A stretch of DNA of 63,367 nucleotides, the filler included, from Anaerolineae bacterium (GTDB lineage Bacteria; Chloroflexota; Anaerolineae; Epilineales; Epilineaceae), in assembly GCA_029262755.1 (NCBI GenBank). It is 8 parts of 8 records of this genome, joined end to end, with 100 filler letters (N's around TTAATTAATTAA, not from the genome) between each part and the next. Parts side by side here need not be neighbours in the genome. Positions count along the whole stretch, not along the records: positions 6,651 to 29,021 come from JAJCYU010000198.1; 7 more parts are not named here. One strand, given 5' to 3'. Under the pieces are notes generated by a model that ran no database searches, had not been told where the DNA came from, and saw nothing but the letters and a program-made list of their open reading frames with translations. The position numbers were made by a program, and so were the translations under genes. Shown here piece by piece: positions 10,176 to 19,508 of this stretch; the first letter of the stretch is position 1, and every line of letters starts with the position of its first letter.

Positions 10176-11138
10176 ATGCGCTCAGGTCCTCGCCTTCCGA
10201 TCCGATTGATGTTGATTCCAGCCTTACTGCTCGCAGCGACGATGGGTATCGCCGCCTGCGACAACTCTTCGCAGACGGCAGGCTATCCGCCGCCCGTTGT
10301 CGATCCCGCCGCTGCGCGCGACCCTGGGTACCCCGCACCCGGCGATGAAGCGAGCGAAGACGTGGACGAAGACGGGGCCGATGAAGCCCAAACCGAGACC
10401 GCGGAAGACCCGACCATCGTCGACGAAGGCAGCATGCTCGGCGGCGACCTCGGTGGTCGGGTGATCCGCATCGGCACGGACGCGACCTACCCGCCCTTCG
10501 AGTCGGAAGAGCCGGACGGCGCAATCGTCGGATTCGATCCGGACCTGCTGCGGCTGTTGTGTGACCACGCCGGCTGTACGGCGGAGTTCGTCGCTACGGA
10601 TTGGACCGGGATCTTTGCCGCGCTAAAAGCCGGCGAGTTCGACGCGTTGATGAGCGCGATCACGATCCTGCCCGAGCGCGAGGAGAATTCAGGCGGCCTC
10701 TTCACGGTGCCCTACTACAGCATCGGTCAGGTCATCGTGGCCGCAGCGGACAATGCCGACATCGCCGGGATCGACGACCTCGCGAGCACGGAGGCCCTAG
10801 TGGGCGTCCAAACGGGCACGACGGGCGATACGGCAGCTACGGAAGGTGGTGTACCCGAGGACAGCATGCAACGCTACGACACGATCCCGCTGGCCTTCCA
10901 GGCCCTGCTCAACGGTGACCTTGACGCGATCGTGTGCGACGCGCCCACGGCAGCCAACTACGTCGGTGAGAACCCGGACGACCTGCGCGTGGTCGGTGAG
11001 CCGTTCACGACGGAGGACTACGGCATCCTGGTGCCGGATTACGACACGGAGCTGCTCGACGCGTTGAACGCCGCGATTCTGGCCCTGGACGAGAGCGGCG
11101 ACATCGCGCGGCTGGCGGAGATTCACGGCATCGAGTAG
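10176..11138 (+). CDS. Polar amino-acid ABC transporter substrate-binding lipoprotein (SBP family 3)
   Basis: Lipobox-like IAAC, IGTDATYPPFE, GFDPDL, GVQTGTTG and EDYGI. Confidence 0.92.
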   Translation: MRSGPRLPIRLMLIPALLLAATMGIAACDNSSQTAGYPPPVVDPAAARDPGYPAPGDEASEDVDEDGADEAQTETAEDPTIVDEGSMLGGDLGGRVIRIGTDATYPPFESEEPDGAIVGFDPDLLRLLCDHAGCTAEFVATDWTGIFAALKAGEFDALMSAITILPEREENSGGLFTVPYYSIGQVIVAAADNADIAGIDDLASTEALVGVQTGTTGDTAATEGGVPEDSMQRYDTIPLAFQALLNGDLDAIVCDAPTAANYVGENPDDLRVVGEPFTTEDYGILVPDYDTELLDALNAAILALDESGDIARLAEIHGIE

Positions 11139-11161
11139 GAGCCAGGAGCCGCGCGAATTGG

Positions 11162-11190
11162 GGCGGGGCGCCGAGATTCGGCGTCCCGCC
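11162..11190 (+). terminator. GC-rich stem-loop after the SBP gene (weak terminator or mRNA-stabilising hairpin)
   Basis: GGCGGGGCGCCGA-gat-TCGGCGTCCCGCC followed by GTCCTTTCC. Confidence 0.5.
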
Positions 11191-11276
11191 GTCCTTTCCA
11201 TTGCGCAACGTGTACTGCGTCCTACCGCATCCCCATCCGTGCAGGAGGCTGCGCCCCCAACGCATAGGAGCCGACC

Positions 11277-12137
11277 TTGAGCCGCCCGTCCGAGCGCCCG
11301 TGGTGGCTGGTCGTGGTAGCCGTCGGCCTTGCGCTGGCCGCGTTCACGATTCTCGGCGACCCGGAGCTCACCGAGACGCTGCGCGTCTTGCGGCGCGGTA
11401 TCGCGGTCACGGTGCGGGTGACGGTGTTTGGCTTCGCGCTTGCCCTTGCCCTCGGCCTCGTCGCCGGTCTTGGTCGGGCGTCGGGCAACGCCTGGGTGCG
11501 GCAGGCATCGACACTCTACGTGGAGGTCGTGCGTGGCGTCCCCATGCTCGTCCTCGTGCTCTGGTTCGGCTTCGCCTTTGCGCCATGGATCGTCGGTGTC
11601 CTGCGCGATCCGTTGATCGGGCCCGTCGACGAGCTGATCGCCGCGGGCTGGAGCCTCGGCGGTCTGCTGCCCGCGCTGGCTGCGAAGCTGGCGGCCTGCG
11701 CGCGCCCTTCGGCGTGCATGCCCATGGAGGCGCGCGGCATAGCCGGGCTCGGCGTGGGCTACGGCGCCTACATCGCCGAAATCGTACGCGCCGGCATCGA
11801 GTCGGTCGGGGCGGGGCAGCGGGAGGCCGCGGCCAGCCTCGGCATGAGCCGTCGCCAAGCGATGCGCTTTGTCGTCCTGCCCCAGGCGTTGCGTCTTGCC
11901 CTGCCCCCGCTCGGCAACGACCTGGTCGCCCTGCTCAAGGACAGCTCCCTGATCAGCATCCTCGCAGTGCCCGACCTCGTCCATGTCGCGCGCGTCCACG
12001 TGGCGCGCACCTTCGACGCGCTGGCCACCTGGAACCTCGTCGCCCTGCTCTATCTGGTGCTCACGCTGAGCTTGTCTGCCGTCGTTCGGCGGCTCGAACG
12101 ACGCGGCGACTGGGCGCGCCGCGCCGGGGACGGGTGA
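11277..12137 (+). CDS. Amino-acid ABC transporter permease (HisM/GlnP type)
   Basis: YVEVVRGVPMLV, AYIAEIVRAGIESV, EAA loop GQREAAASLGMS, and LLKDSSL. Confidence 0.93.
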   Translation: MSRPSERPWWLVVVAVGLALAAFTILGDPELTETLRVLRRGIAVTVRVTVFGFALALALGLVAGLGRASGNAWVRQASTLYVEVVRGVPMLVLVLWFGFAFAPWIVGVLRDPLIGPVDELIAAGWSLGGLLPALAAKLAACARPSACMPMEARGIAGLGVGYGAYIAEIVRAGIESVGAGQREAAASLGMSRRQAMRFVVLPQALRLALPPLGNDLVALLKDSSLISILAVPDLVHVARVHVARTFDALATWNLVALLYLVLTLSLSAVVRRLERRGDWARRAGDG

Positions 12138-12141
12138 GCAC

Positions 12142-13578
12142 GTGACAGCCCCACTGCCCTCGCCCTCGCCCTCGAGTACGCCCTCGTCCGGAGCCAGTGC
12201 GAGCCCCGCGCCCGGCCCGTTCGCGCCGGCCTCGTGGCGAAGCCTCGTGTCCGCCGTCATTCCCGACGCGACCGGTGCGCGCTTCCTCGTCACCGGCGAC
12301 GCGCAGTCCGCCTTGCCCCGCATCGTGATCCCGGACCACCACTGGGCCGCCGAATGCGACGCCGTCGTGGACGGCTTCCAAGACAGCCTCGGCTTCCGCC
12401 CCTGGGTGCTGCGACCATTGCGCTTCGTCGAGGACGAGGCCCAACGCACCGTGCACATGACGGTTGCGCTGGACGCGCCGCCTGCCAGCTGGTCGCGCTC
12501 GAAGGGTCTAACGTGGGCGTCCCTCGACACGCCTCCGCCGCTCGACGACGCGGCCGAGCGCACGCTCGTGGCGACCTTGCGCGCCGAACGCGCGCACGGC
12601 GCACCCGCCTCGCGCCAGCCGTGGGCGCACGCCGGCGGCGCGTGGCGCGACCGCGCGCTCGCGTGGATCGACCGCACGTTGGCCACGGCCGGACGCCTAC
12701 GCACCGGCGAGCCTCTGCAGCAACGAACGTGGGGCATATCCAGCGTCCTGCGCGTGCCGACCGATGCCGGCCGCGTCTTCTTCAAGAGTGCGGCGCGGCT
12801 GCCCCTCTTCGTCAATGAGGGCGCCTTCGTGCGCTGGCTGGCGGACGCCGCGCCCGAGCATTCCGTCGACGTAGTGGGCCATCATCCGGACGAGGGCTGG
12901 CTGCTCAGCGCCGACTTCGGCGCAACGATGCGCCCCACGGACAAGGGGGAGACGATCGACACGACGCTGCGCGAAGCGATGGGCGCCTACGGTGCGCTGC
13001 AGCGCCGCCTCGCCCCCCGCATGGCCGAAGCGCGTGCCGTCGGGGCCAAGCCGCGCGACCTCGCATGGCTCGCGAACGAGATCGCGCCGCTGCTACGCGA
13101 CCCCTTCGTCCAGGCGACCGTGGACGCCGATGTCTTAACGAACGTGGCATCGCTTGCACCGCGGCTAACCAACTGCTGCGCCGAGCTCGCCGCCTGCGCG
13201 CTGCCGGATAGCCTTGTGCACGGCGACTTGCACCCCGGCAACCTTGCCGTCCGAGACGGGCGCACGCTCTTCTTCGACTGGACGGACGCGGCCATCGGCC
13301 ACCCATTCCTTGACCCATACGTCAGCACCAGTCGTCATTTCCCAGCACGCACGGCCGCGATCGCCGAGGGCTACCTCGCCGCATGGGAAGGCGCCGCGGA
13401 CCGCGCGACGCTGGAGCGCGCATGGCTGCTGGCGCGACCGCTGACGATGCTCTACCAGGCCTGCAGCTATCGCCACCTGCTCACCGGGCTCGAGCCGCAG
13501 GCACGCGACGGGCTGAACGGGGGCTTGTCGGGCTGGCTCGCGGCGCTCGTGGCGGAGGATGCGTGGGAGGGGGTGTAG
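12142..13578 (+). CDS. Aminoglycoside phosphotransferase / choline-kinase-like (APH family) protein
   Basis: Brenner motif LVHGDLHPGN, FFDWTDAAIGHPFLD and GRVFFKS. Confidence 0.85.
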   Translation: MTAPLPSPSPSSTPSSGASASPAPGPFAPASWRSLVSAVIPDATGARFLVTGDAQSALPRIVIPDHHWAAECDAVVDGFQDSLGFRPWVLRPLRFVEDEAQRTVHMTVALDAPPASWSRSKGLTWASLDTPPPLDDAAERTLVATLRAERAHGAPASRQPWAHAGGAWRDRALAWIDRTLATAGRLRTGEPLQQRTWGISSVLRVPTDAGRVFFKSAARLPLFVNEGAFVRWLADAAPEHSVDVVGHHPDEGWLLSADFGATMRPTDKGETIDTTLREAMGAYGALQRRLAPRMAEARAVGAKPRDLAWLANEIAPLLRDPFVQATVDADVLTNVASLAPRLTNCCAELAACALPDSLVHGDLHPGNLAVRDGRTLFFDWTDAAIGHPFLDPYVSTSRHFPARTAAIAEGYLAAWEGAADRATLERAWLLARPLTMLYQACSYRHLLTGLEPQARDGLNGGLSGWLAALVAEDAWEGV

Positions 13579-13719
13579 TAGGGCGGGTTTGGGCATGTCT
13601 TACGGGAATCAATCGGTACAGATCCGGTGCTTCGTGTCGTTCATTCTCCTCGACCCTGCAATACTGGTCTGTTCGCATTTCGCAGTTCAACCGGACCTCT
13701 CCAGGAGCCACTCGATTCC

Positions 13720-14310
13720 ATGGACTTCAATCCAAAACCCCGCGCCAACGTCTCAGAACCGCTCATCGTTCGCTGGTTGCTCGAAGACCCACTGGCCGGC
13801 TGGCTGTGGCTCGTGCCGCGGCTGTGGGTCGGCTGGTCGTGGCTTCAGGCTGGACGACATAAGTTGAGCGACCCCGCGTGGATGGACGGTGGTGATGCGC
13901 TGCTCGGGTACTGGAAGGGCGCGGTCGCGATCCCGGGCGAAGGACGGCCCGCGATCGCCTTCGACTGGTATCGCGTCTTCCTCGAGAGCCTGATCGACAT
14001 GCAGGCGCAGACGTGGTTCGGTCCGATCGTCGCATGGGGCGAGTTCCTGGTGGGCATTGCATTGATCGCGGGTGCGTTCACTGGTCTCGCTGCGTTCGCC
14101 GGCGCGTTCATGAACTGGAACTTCATGATGGCCGGCTCCGCGAGCACGAACCCGATGCTCTTCGTGATCGCGATCGGCTTGATCCTGGCGTGGAAGGTGG
14201 CCGGCTACATCGGCGCCGATCACCTCCTGTTGCCGTGGATCGGCACGCCGTGGAAGGACAGCATCGGCGACGCGCCGCCACGATCCCCGGCGCCGGCTAC
14301 GCCTGGTTGA
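13720..14310 (+). CDS. DoxX family membrane protein (DoxD-like)
   Basis: RLWVGWSWLQAG, WGEFLVGIALIAG, FMNWNFMMAGSASTNP and AGYIGAD; AGGAG upstream. Confidence 0.9.
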   Translation: MDFNPKPRANVSEPLIVRWLLEDPLAGWLWLVPRLWVGWSWLQAGRHKLSDPAWMDGGDALLGYWKGAVAIPGEGRPAIAFDWYRVFLESLIDMQAQTWFGPIVAWGEFLVGIALIAGAFTGLAAFAGAFMNWNFMMAGSASTNPMLFVIAIGLILAWKVAGYIGADHLLLPWIGTPWKDSIGDAPPRSPAPATPG

Positions 14311-14325
14311 CGCGGGCGCCGGCGG

Positions 14326-14567
14326 CATTTCCCAGTACGCACGGCCGCGATCGCCAAAGGCTATCTCGCCGCGTTGGACGAGGTCGCGGACCGCGCGACG
14401 CTGGAGCGCGCATGGCTGCTGGCGCGCCCACTGACGAAGCGCTACCGGGCCTGCCACTATCGCCACCCGCACACGCATCTAGCGCCGCAAGCATGCGACG
14501 GGCTGAACGGAGCTTGTCCGGCTGGCTGGAAGAACTTTCGGCGGAAGAGGCCTCGGAGGGAGTGTAG
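14326..14567 (+). pseudogene. Decayed copy of the last 81 codons of the APH gene (13336-13578)
   Basis: Hand alignment gives about 43 differences over 243 nt (about 82% identity), including a 1-nt deletion; both copies end GTGTAG. Confidence 0.85.
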
Positions 14568-14670
14568 GCGGCCGACGACGGAGGGCCCGCGACCAACCTA
14601 CTTCCTCACGTACCGTCACGTTGAACGGAGCTCTCGCGTAGGCATTCTCGACAACGAGGAGAGTTGAGCG

Positions 14671-16911
14671 ATGACGACGTCCATCCCCTTCCCCCGATTC
14701 CGCACCGCGCTGTTCACGCTCGCCCTACTGGCAACCTCCTCCGTTGGAGGACCCCCGCCTTCTCTGTCGGCGGCAAGCCCGGCAGATGAGCCCGCGACGC
14801 CCTGGGCACAGACCGGCGGCGCCATGCGGGCCGCGGTCGAATTCGAGGATCTACTGTGGATCGGCATCGGCCCGCGGATCGCGGTGCTTGATCTGTCGAT
14901 CCCCGCTTCGCCGCAACTCGTTGCACGCTCTTCGGTGCTACCTGGCGTCGTCAACGACCTGGCCATGGATGTCGACCGGTCCCAACTGTGGGTGGCCGCA
15001 GGAGACGAGCTGTTGACGTTCGACGTCGACGACCCACGACTCCCGCGCGTCGTGGCCCGCGCGCCGTTCGGCGAGCATGCGCTGCGGGTCGTCATCGATG
15101 CGGGGCGGGTCTGGGCGATGGGCGGCGCGGGCGCCGTCGCCGGCTTCGCTGGCGATGCGCGCGGCGTGCACGCGCCGTTGGTGCGGATTCCCGCGCCGGC
15201 CGGTCAACGCGTAGCCGAGCTGGCCGCTGGACGGGGCGAACTTCTGCGCCTCGGGCTTCGCGCAACCCCCGCAGACGCGCCGCTCTACATCGACCGCTGG
15301 AACGTCAGCGATCCCGACGCGCCGCGTCCGCTCCCAAGCTTCGACCTTCCCGGCGAGCACGGCTACCTCATGGGCCACGAGCGGCTGCTGTGGCAGGCGG
15401 ATCGACTGTGGGTGCTGCATGAGCGTGGCCTCTCGAGCTTGCGCTTCGAGAAGGACGGACCGACCCTCGCAAGCCACGACGACCTTGGCTGGGGCGGCGT
15501 GCCCATCGGTTTCGCGCTGCGCGGCGAGCGGGCCTATGCCAGCTTTGCCTCGGGCTGGAGCGACAACTTCGGTGTCGGCGTGTTCGATCTTTCCGATCCC
15601 GACGACATCGTGCCGCTGACCGACGCCGGCTGGATCATCGGGCGCTATCCCGGCGTCTTTACGCGCGCGGCGGCCATCGTGGGCAATACGTTCTGGGTGT
15701 CCTCCAGCGGCGGATTCCTCACCGGCCTCGGCGTCGCGCCCGAGTCCTTCATGCGCCTAGCGGGGGTCATGTCAACGATCGGCGAGGCCACCGCCCTAGA
15801 GAGGGTCAACGGCCGCCTCGTTGCGACCTCCAACCAGTCGATGCAGTTCGTCGACACTGACAATCCGCTCGCTCCCACCCACGGCGCCATGATCTCTGCC
15901 GGCTACCACTACGGCAATGTGACCGCTTCGGGCGATCTCCTCGCTATCGCCGTGCTAGGGCAGAGCGACATGTTGAACCAAAGCCTGCACCTGGTTCGCC
16001 GCGCGGGCCCGCGCGGCTACGAGCGTGTGGCCGAGCTCGACTCCCCCCTGCCCGGCGCCGGCGGGGGCTTCGTCGCCCTGGAGGGCTCGAGCCTGGTCTA
16101 CGCCGTATCCAGTCTCGCCGGCGGCGTGCTCACCATTTACGACCTGCGCGATCCGACCAAACCGCTGCAGGTGGGGCGATCCGCGGTGAGCGGGAGGCCC
16201 ACCGCCCTGTCGCTCGCGAACGGCACGCTACTCAGCCTCGTGCTCGACGGCGGGGCGCTGCGCCTCCTCCGCCACCGCGTGGCCGACCATGCCCTGCTCG
16301 ATTCTACGAGCCAGCCGCTGCGTGGCGGGCTCGACGAGTGGGCCGACACATGGATGGCGCGCGCCGACGAGCGCGTGGTCGTCCTCGCCCGCGACGCGGA
16401 CCCCGATGCGCCCACCAGCCCACCGCGCCATCGCCAGTTCCTCGCCGTGCTCGACGTCCCGCCCGAGGGGCCGATGATGCTGCGTTCGAGCACAGAGCTC
16501 GGCTGCCCCGACGGCGCGCGCCCGGCCGACATCGCACTCGACGGCGAGTACCTGCTCGTAGCCTGCACCGGCGACGAGCCCGGCGTCGCCGTGCTCGACC
16601 TGGCCGACGCCGAAGCTCCGCGACGCACGCGATACCTGCGCATTCCCGTGGCGGCCTCGGGCCTCGCCGTCGCCGACGGCCACCTCTACCTCGTTGCCGG
16701 CGCGGCCGGCATGCTCGTTTACCCCGAGCCGCCCGACGGCTGGGCCGCCTCACCGGTCCCGCCGCCGACGGCGACGGTGACGGTGACTGCGACGATGCGC
16801 GTGACGCGGACTCCGGTCGCCACGGCCTCGCCGAGCGGCACGCCCGAGGCGCCGACGCGTACGCCGACGCCGTCCGGCGCAACAATCTGGCTACCGGTGG
16901 CGCATCGATAG
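14671..16911 (+). CDS. Secreted beta-propeller / LVIVD-like repeat protein with Thr/Pro linker and C-terminal IWLPVAHR
   Basis: Signal peptide, repeated (L/F)DxSxPxxP units, and a PTATVTVTAT...TPTP linker. Confidence 0.75.
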   Translation: MTTSIPFPRFRTALFTLALLATSSVGGPPPSLSAASPADEPATPWAQTGGAMRAAVEFEDLLWIGIGPRIAVLDLSIPASPQLVARSSVLPGVVNDLAMDVDRSQLWVAAGDELLTFDVDDPRLPRVVARAPFGEHALRVVIDAGRVWAMGGAGAVAGFAGDARGVHAPLVRIPAPAGQRVAELAAGRGELLRLGLRATPADAPLYIDRWNVSDPDAPRPLPSFDLPGEHGYLMGHERLLWQADRLWVLHERGLSSLRFEKDGPTLASHDDLGWGGVPIGFALRGERAYASFASGWSDNFGVGVFDLSDPDDIVPLTDAGWIIGRYPGVFTRAAAIVGNTFWVSSSGGFLTGLGVAPESFMRLAGVMSTIGEATALERVNGRLVATSNQSMQFVDTDNPLAPTHGAMISAGYHYGNVTASGDLLAIAVLGQSDMLNQSLHLVRRAGPRGYERVAELDSPLPGAGGGFVALEGSSLVYAVSSLAGGVLTIYDLRDPTKPLQVGRSAVSGRPTALSLANGTLLSLVLDGGALRLLRHRVADHALLDSTSQPLRGGLDEWADTWMARADERVVVLARDADPDAPTSPPRHRQFLAVLDVPPEGPMMLRSSTELGCPDGARPADIALDGEYLLVACTGDEPGVAVLDLADAEAPRRTRYLRIPVAASGLAVADGHLYLVAGAAGMLVYPEPPDGWAASPVPPPTATVTVTATMRVTRTPVATASPSGTPEAPTRTPTPSGATIWLPVAHR

Positions 16912-16994
16912 GGTGGCGCGCTGGACGCCGCCGCGGATGGCATGAAAGATTGCGGGGCTACGACGATCCTACGCCTCTCGGAGTCACGTGCCCC

Positions 16995-19508
16995 ATGGCC
17001 CTCAAGAAGTCCGAGCTCTATAGCTCGCTCTGGCAGAGCTGCGACGAGTTGCGCGGCGGTATGGATGCCAGCCAGTACAAGGACTACGTGCTCGTCCTGC
17101 TGTTCATCAAGTACATCAGCGACAAGTACGCGGGCCAACCCTACGCACCCATCACCGTGCCCGAGGGCGCGAGCTTCGCCGACATGGTGGCCCTCAAGGG
17201 GCGCCCAGACATCGGCGATCAGATCAACAAGGCCATCATCGCGCCTCTAGCCGCGGCCAACCAGCTCTCCGACTTCCCCGACTTCAACGACGCGTCCAAG
17301 CTCGGTAGCGACAGGGAGATGGTCGACCGGCTGACCAACTTGATCGCGATCTTCGAGAATCCGGCGCTCGATTTCTCGCGAAACCGGGCCGACGGTGACG
17401 ACATCCTCGGTGACGCCTACGAATACCTGATGCGGCACTTCGCCACCGAGAGCGGCAAGAGCAAGGGCCAGTTCTACACACCGGCCGAGGTCAGCCGCGT
17501 GTTGGCCAAGATTCTGGGCATCGGCGAGGCTGATACCAGCGCCGCGACCACGGTCTATGACCCCACCTGCGGCTCGGGCTCGCTCCTGCTAAAGGTGGCC
17601 GACGAGGCCGGCACCAAGGTCACGATCTACGGCCAGGAAAAGGACGCCGCAACGAGCAGCCTAGCGCGCATGAACATGATCTTGCACAACTACCCCACGG
17701 CCCTGATCAGGCAGGGCAACACGCTTTCCAACCCCAAGTTCTTAAACGACGACGGCCGCGTCAAGACCTTCGACTTCGTCGTTGCCAATCCCCCCTTCTC
17801 GGACAAGCGATGGAGTACCGGCCTCGACCCGCTCGATGACCCGCACGAGCGCTTCACGCCCTTCGGCGTGCCCCCCGCGCGGCAAGGCGACTACGCCTAT
17901 CTGCTGCATATCGTCCGCTCCTTGAAGCACACCGGCCATGGCGCATGCATCCTCCCGCACGGTGTGCTCTTCCGCGGCAACGCCGAAGCCGGCATCCGAC
18001 GTGCGCTCGTGAAGCGCGGTTACATCAGTGGCATCATCGGCCTGCCGGCCAACCTCTTCTACGGCACGGGCATCCCCGCCTGCATCGTCGTCGTCGATAA
18101 GGAGCGGGCCCAGGAACGCGAAGGCATTTTCATGGTCGACGCCAGTCAGGGCTTCATGAAGGACGGCCCCAAGAACCGCCTTCGAGACATGGACATCCAC
18201 CGCATCGTCGACGTCTTTAACGCCCGTCGCGACACCCCCGCCTTCGCCCGGCTCGTACCCTTCGAGGAGATCGAGCGCAACGACTACAACCTCAACCTTC
18301 CCCGCTACATCGACTCCCAGACGGCCGACGACCGCCAGGACATCGAGGCCCACCTGCGCGGCGGCATCCCCACCGCCGACGTGGACGCCCTCGCGCGCTT
18401 CTGGGCCGTCTGCCCCGGCCTGCCCGATGCGCTCTTCATTGCCAGCCGCCCCGGTTATGTCGACCTTACCGTCGAGCCGGCCGCCATCAAGCCCGCGATC
18501 CAGGACCACCCCGAGTACGCCGCCTTCCTCTATCGCATGCGCACGCACTTCGCGTCCTGGAGCGCGCCCGTCTCCGACACGCTGCGCGCCCTGCAACCCG
18601 GGTTCCTGCCCAAGCAGCTAATCGCGGAGCTATCCGAGTCCCTTCTGTCCCATTACGCCGACGAGCCGCTCGTCGACGCCTACGACATCTATCAGCACCT
18701 GATGGACTATTGGGCCGAGACCATGCAAGACGACGCCTACCTCATCGCCGCCGACGGCTGGGTGGCCGAGGCCACGCGCATCGTGGAGCGCACCAAGTCG
18801 GGCAAGGAAAAGGACAAGGGCTGGGCCTGCGATCTCGTCCCGAAGGAGCTCGTCGTCGCCCGCTACTTCGCACTCGAGCAAGCCGAAATCGACGCGCTGG
18901 CCTCCGAGCGCGACGCGATCTCCGCCGAGCGCGACGAGCTCGAGGAGGAGCATGGAGGCGAGGAGGGCGCTTTCGCCGAGCTGGATCGGATCAACAAGAC
19001 GAACGTCGGCGCGCGGTTGAAGGAACTGGCGCGGGAGGCGAAGGATGAGAAGGAGGAAGGGGGAAGGGCGGGCGCGAGTAATCGGACGAACGGCATGGAC
19101 GCCACCGTCGCGGACGCGCGGAACGACGGAATGGCCGTGGCGGACGCGGCCGACGAGGTCGACGAGGCGGAGGTGCTCGCGCTGTGGTTGGACCTCTATC
19201 GCCGCGAAGCGGACCTCAAGCGCGCCCTAAAGACGGCGGAGGCCGCACTCGACCAGCAGGCGCACGATAAGTACCCGGCGCTGGACGAGCGGGACATCAA
19301 GGAGCTGGTCGTCGCCGACAAGTGGCTCGCCGCACTGGAGGCCGCCATCGGCGACGAGGTCGAACGCGCCAGCCAAGCCCTCGCGACGCGCGTGAAAGAC
19401 CTCGCCGAACGCTACGGGACGCCACTCCCGACGCTGAGCGAGCGCGTGGACGAGGTGGAGTCGCGGGTGGCGGCGCATCTAAAGCGTATGGGCTTCGCAT
19501 GGACGTGA
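16995..19508 (+). CDS. hsdM: Type I restriction-modification methyltransferase subunit M
   Basis: MALKKSELYSSLWQSCDELRGGMDASQYKDY, GQFYTP, YDPTCGSG and the N6-adenine motif VVANPPFS. Real start is the ATG at 16995. Confidence 0.96.
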   Translation: MALKKSELYSSLWQSCDELRGGMDASQYKDYVLVLLFIKYISDKYAGQPYAPITVPEGASFADMVALKGRPDIGDQINKAIIAPLAAANQLSDFPDFNDASKLGSDREMVDRLTNLIAIFENPALDFSRNRADGDDILGDAYEYLMRHFATESGKSKGQFYTPAEVSRVLAKILGIGEADTSAATTVYDPTCGSGSLLLKVADEAGTKVTIYGQEKDAATSSLARMNMILHNYPTALIRQGNTLSNPKFLNDDGRVKTFDFVVANPPFSDKRWSTGLDPLDDPHERFTPFGVPPARQGDYAYLLHIVRSLKHTGHGACILPHGVLFRGNAEAGIRRALVKRGYISGIIGLPANLFYGTGIPACIVVVDKERAQEREGIFMVDASQGFMKDGPKNRLRDMDIHRIVDVFNARRDTPAFARLVPFEEIERNDYNLNLPRYIDSQTADDRQDIEAHLRGGIPTADVDALARFWAVCPGLPDALFIASRPGYVDLTVEPAAIKPAIQDHPEYAAFLYRMRTHFASWSAPVSDTLRALQPGFLPKQLIAELSESLLSHYADEPLVDAYDIYQHLMDYWAETMQDDAYLIAADGWVAEATRIVERTKSGKEKDKGWACDLVPKELVVARYFALEQAEIDALASERDAISAERDELEEEHGGEEGAFAELDRINKTNVGARLKELAREAKDEKEEGGRAGASNRTNGMDATVADARNDGMAVADAADEVDEAEVLALWLDLYRREADLKRALKTAEAALDQQAHDKYPALDERDIKELVVADKWLAALEAAIGDEVERASQALATRVKDLAERYGTPLPTLSERVDEVESRVAAHLKRMGFAWT

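Noticed and set aside
10797..12815. 672-aa minus-strand ORF and many other long antisense or alternate-frame ORFs
   Set aside because: They are shadow ORFs typical of high-GC DNA, overlap well-supported genes and contain no recognisable motifs.
13336..14567. Diversity-generating retroelement TR/VR pair
   Set aside because: The mismatches are not confined to adenines of one copy (many C/T, G/C and T/G changes plus an indel), and no reverse transcriptase is present.
16338..16994. N-terminal extension of HsdM in the 1056-aa ORF call (likewise extended starts for UGPase, hsdS, cdd, corC and the beta-CASP gene)
   Set aside because: These are Arg/Pro-rich read-through of GC-rich sequence overlapping real upstream genes; family homology starts at the later start codons.
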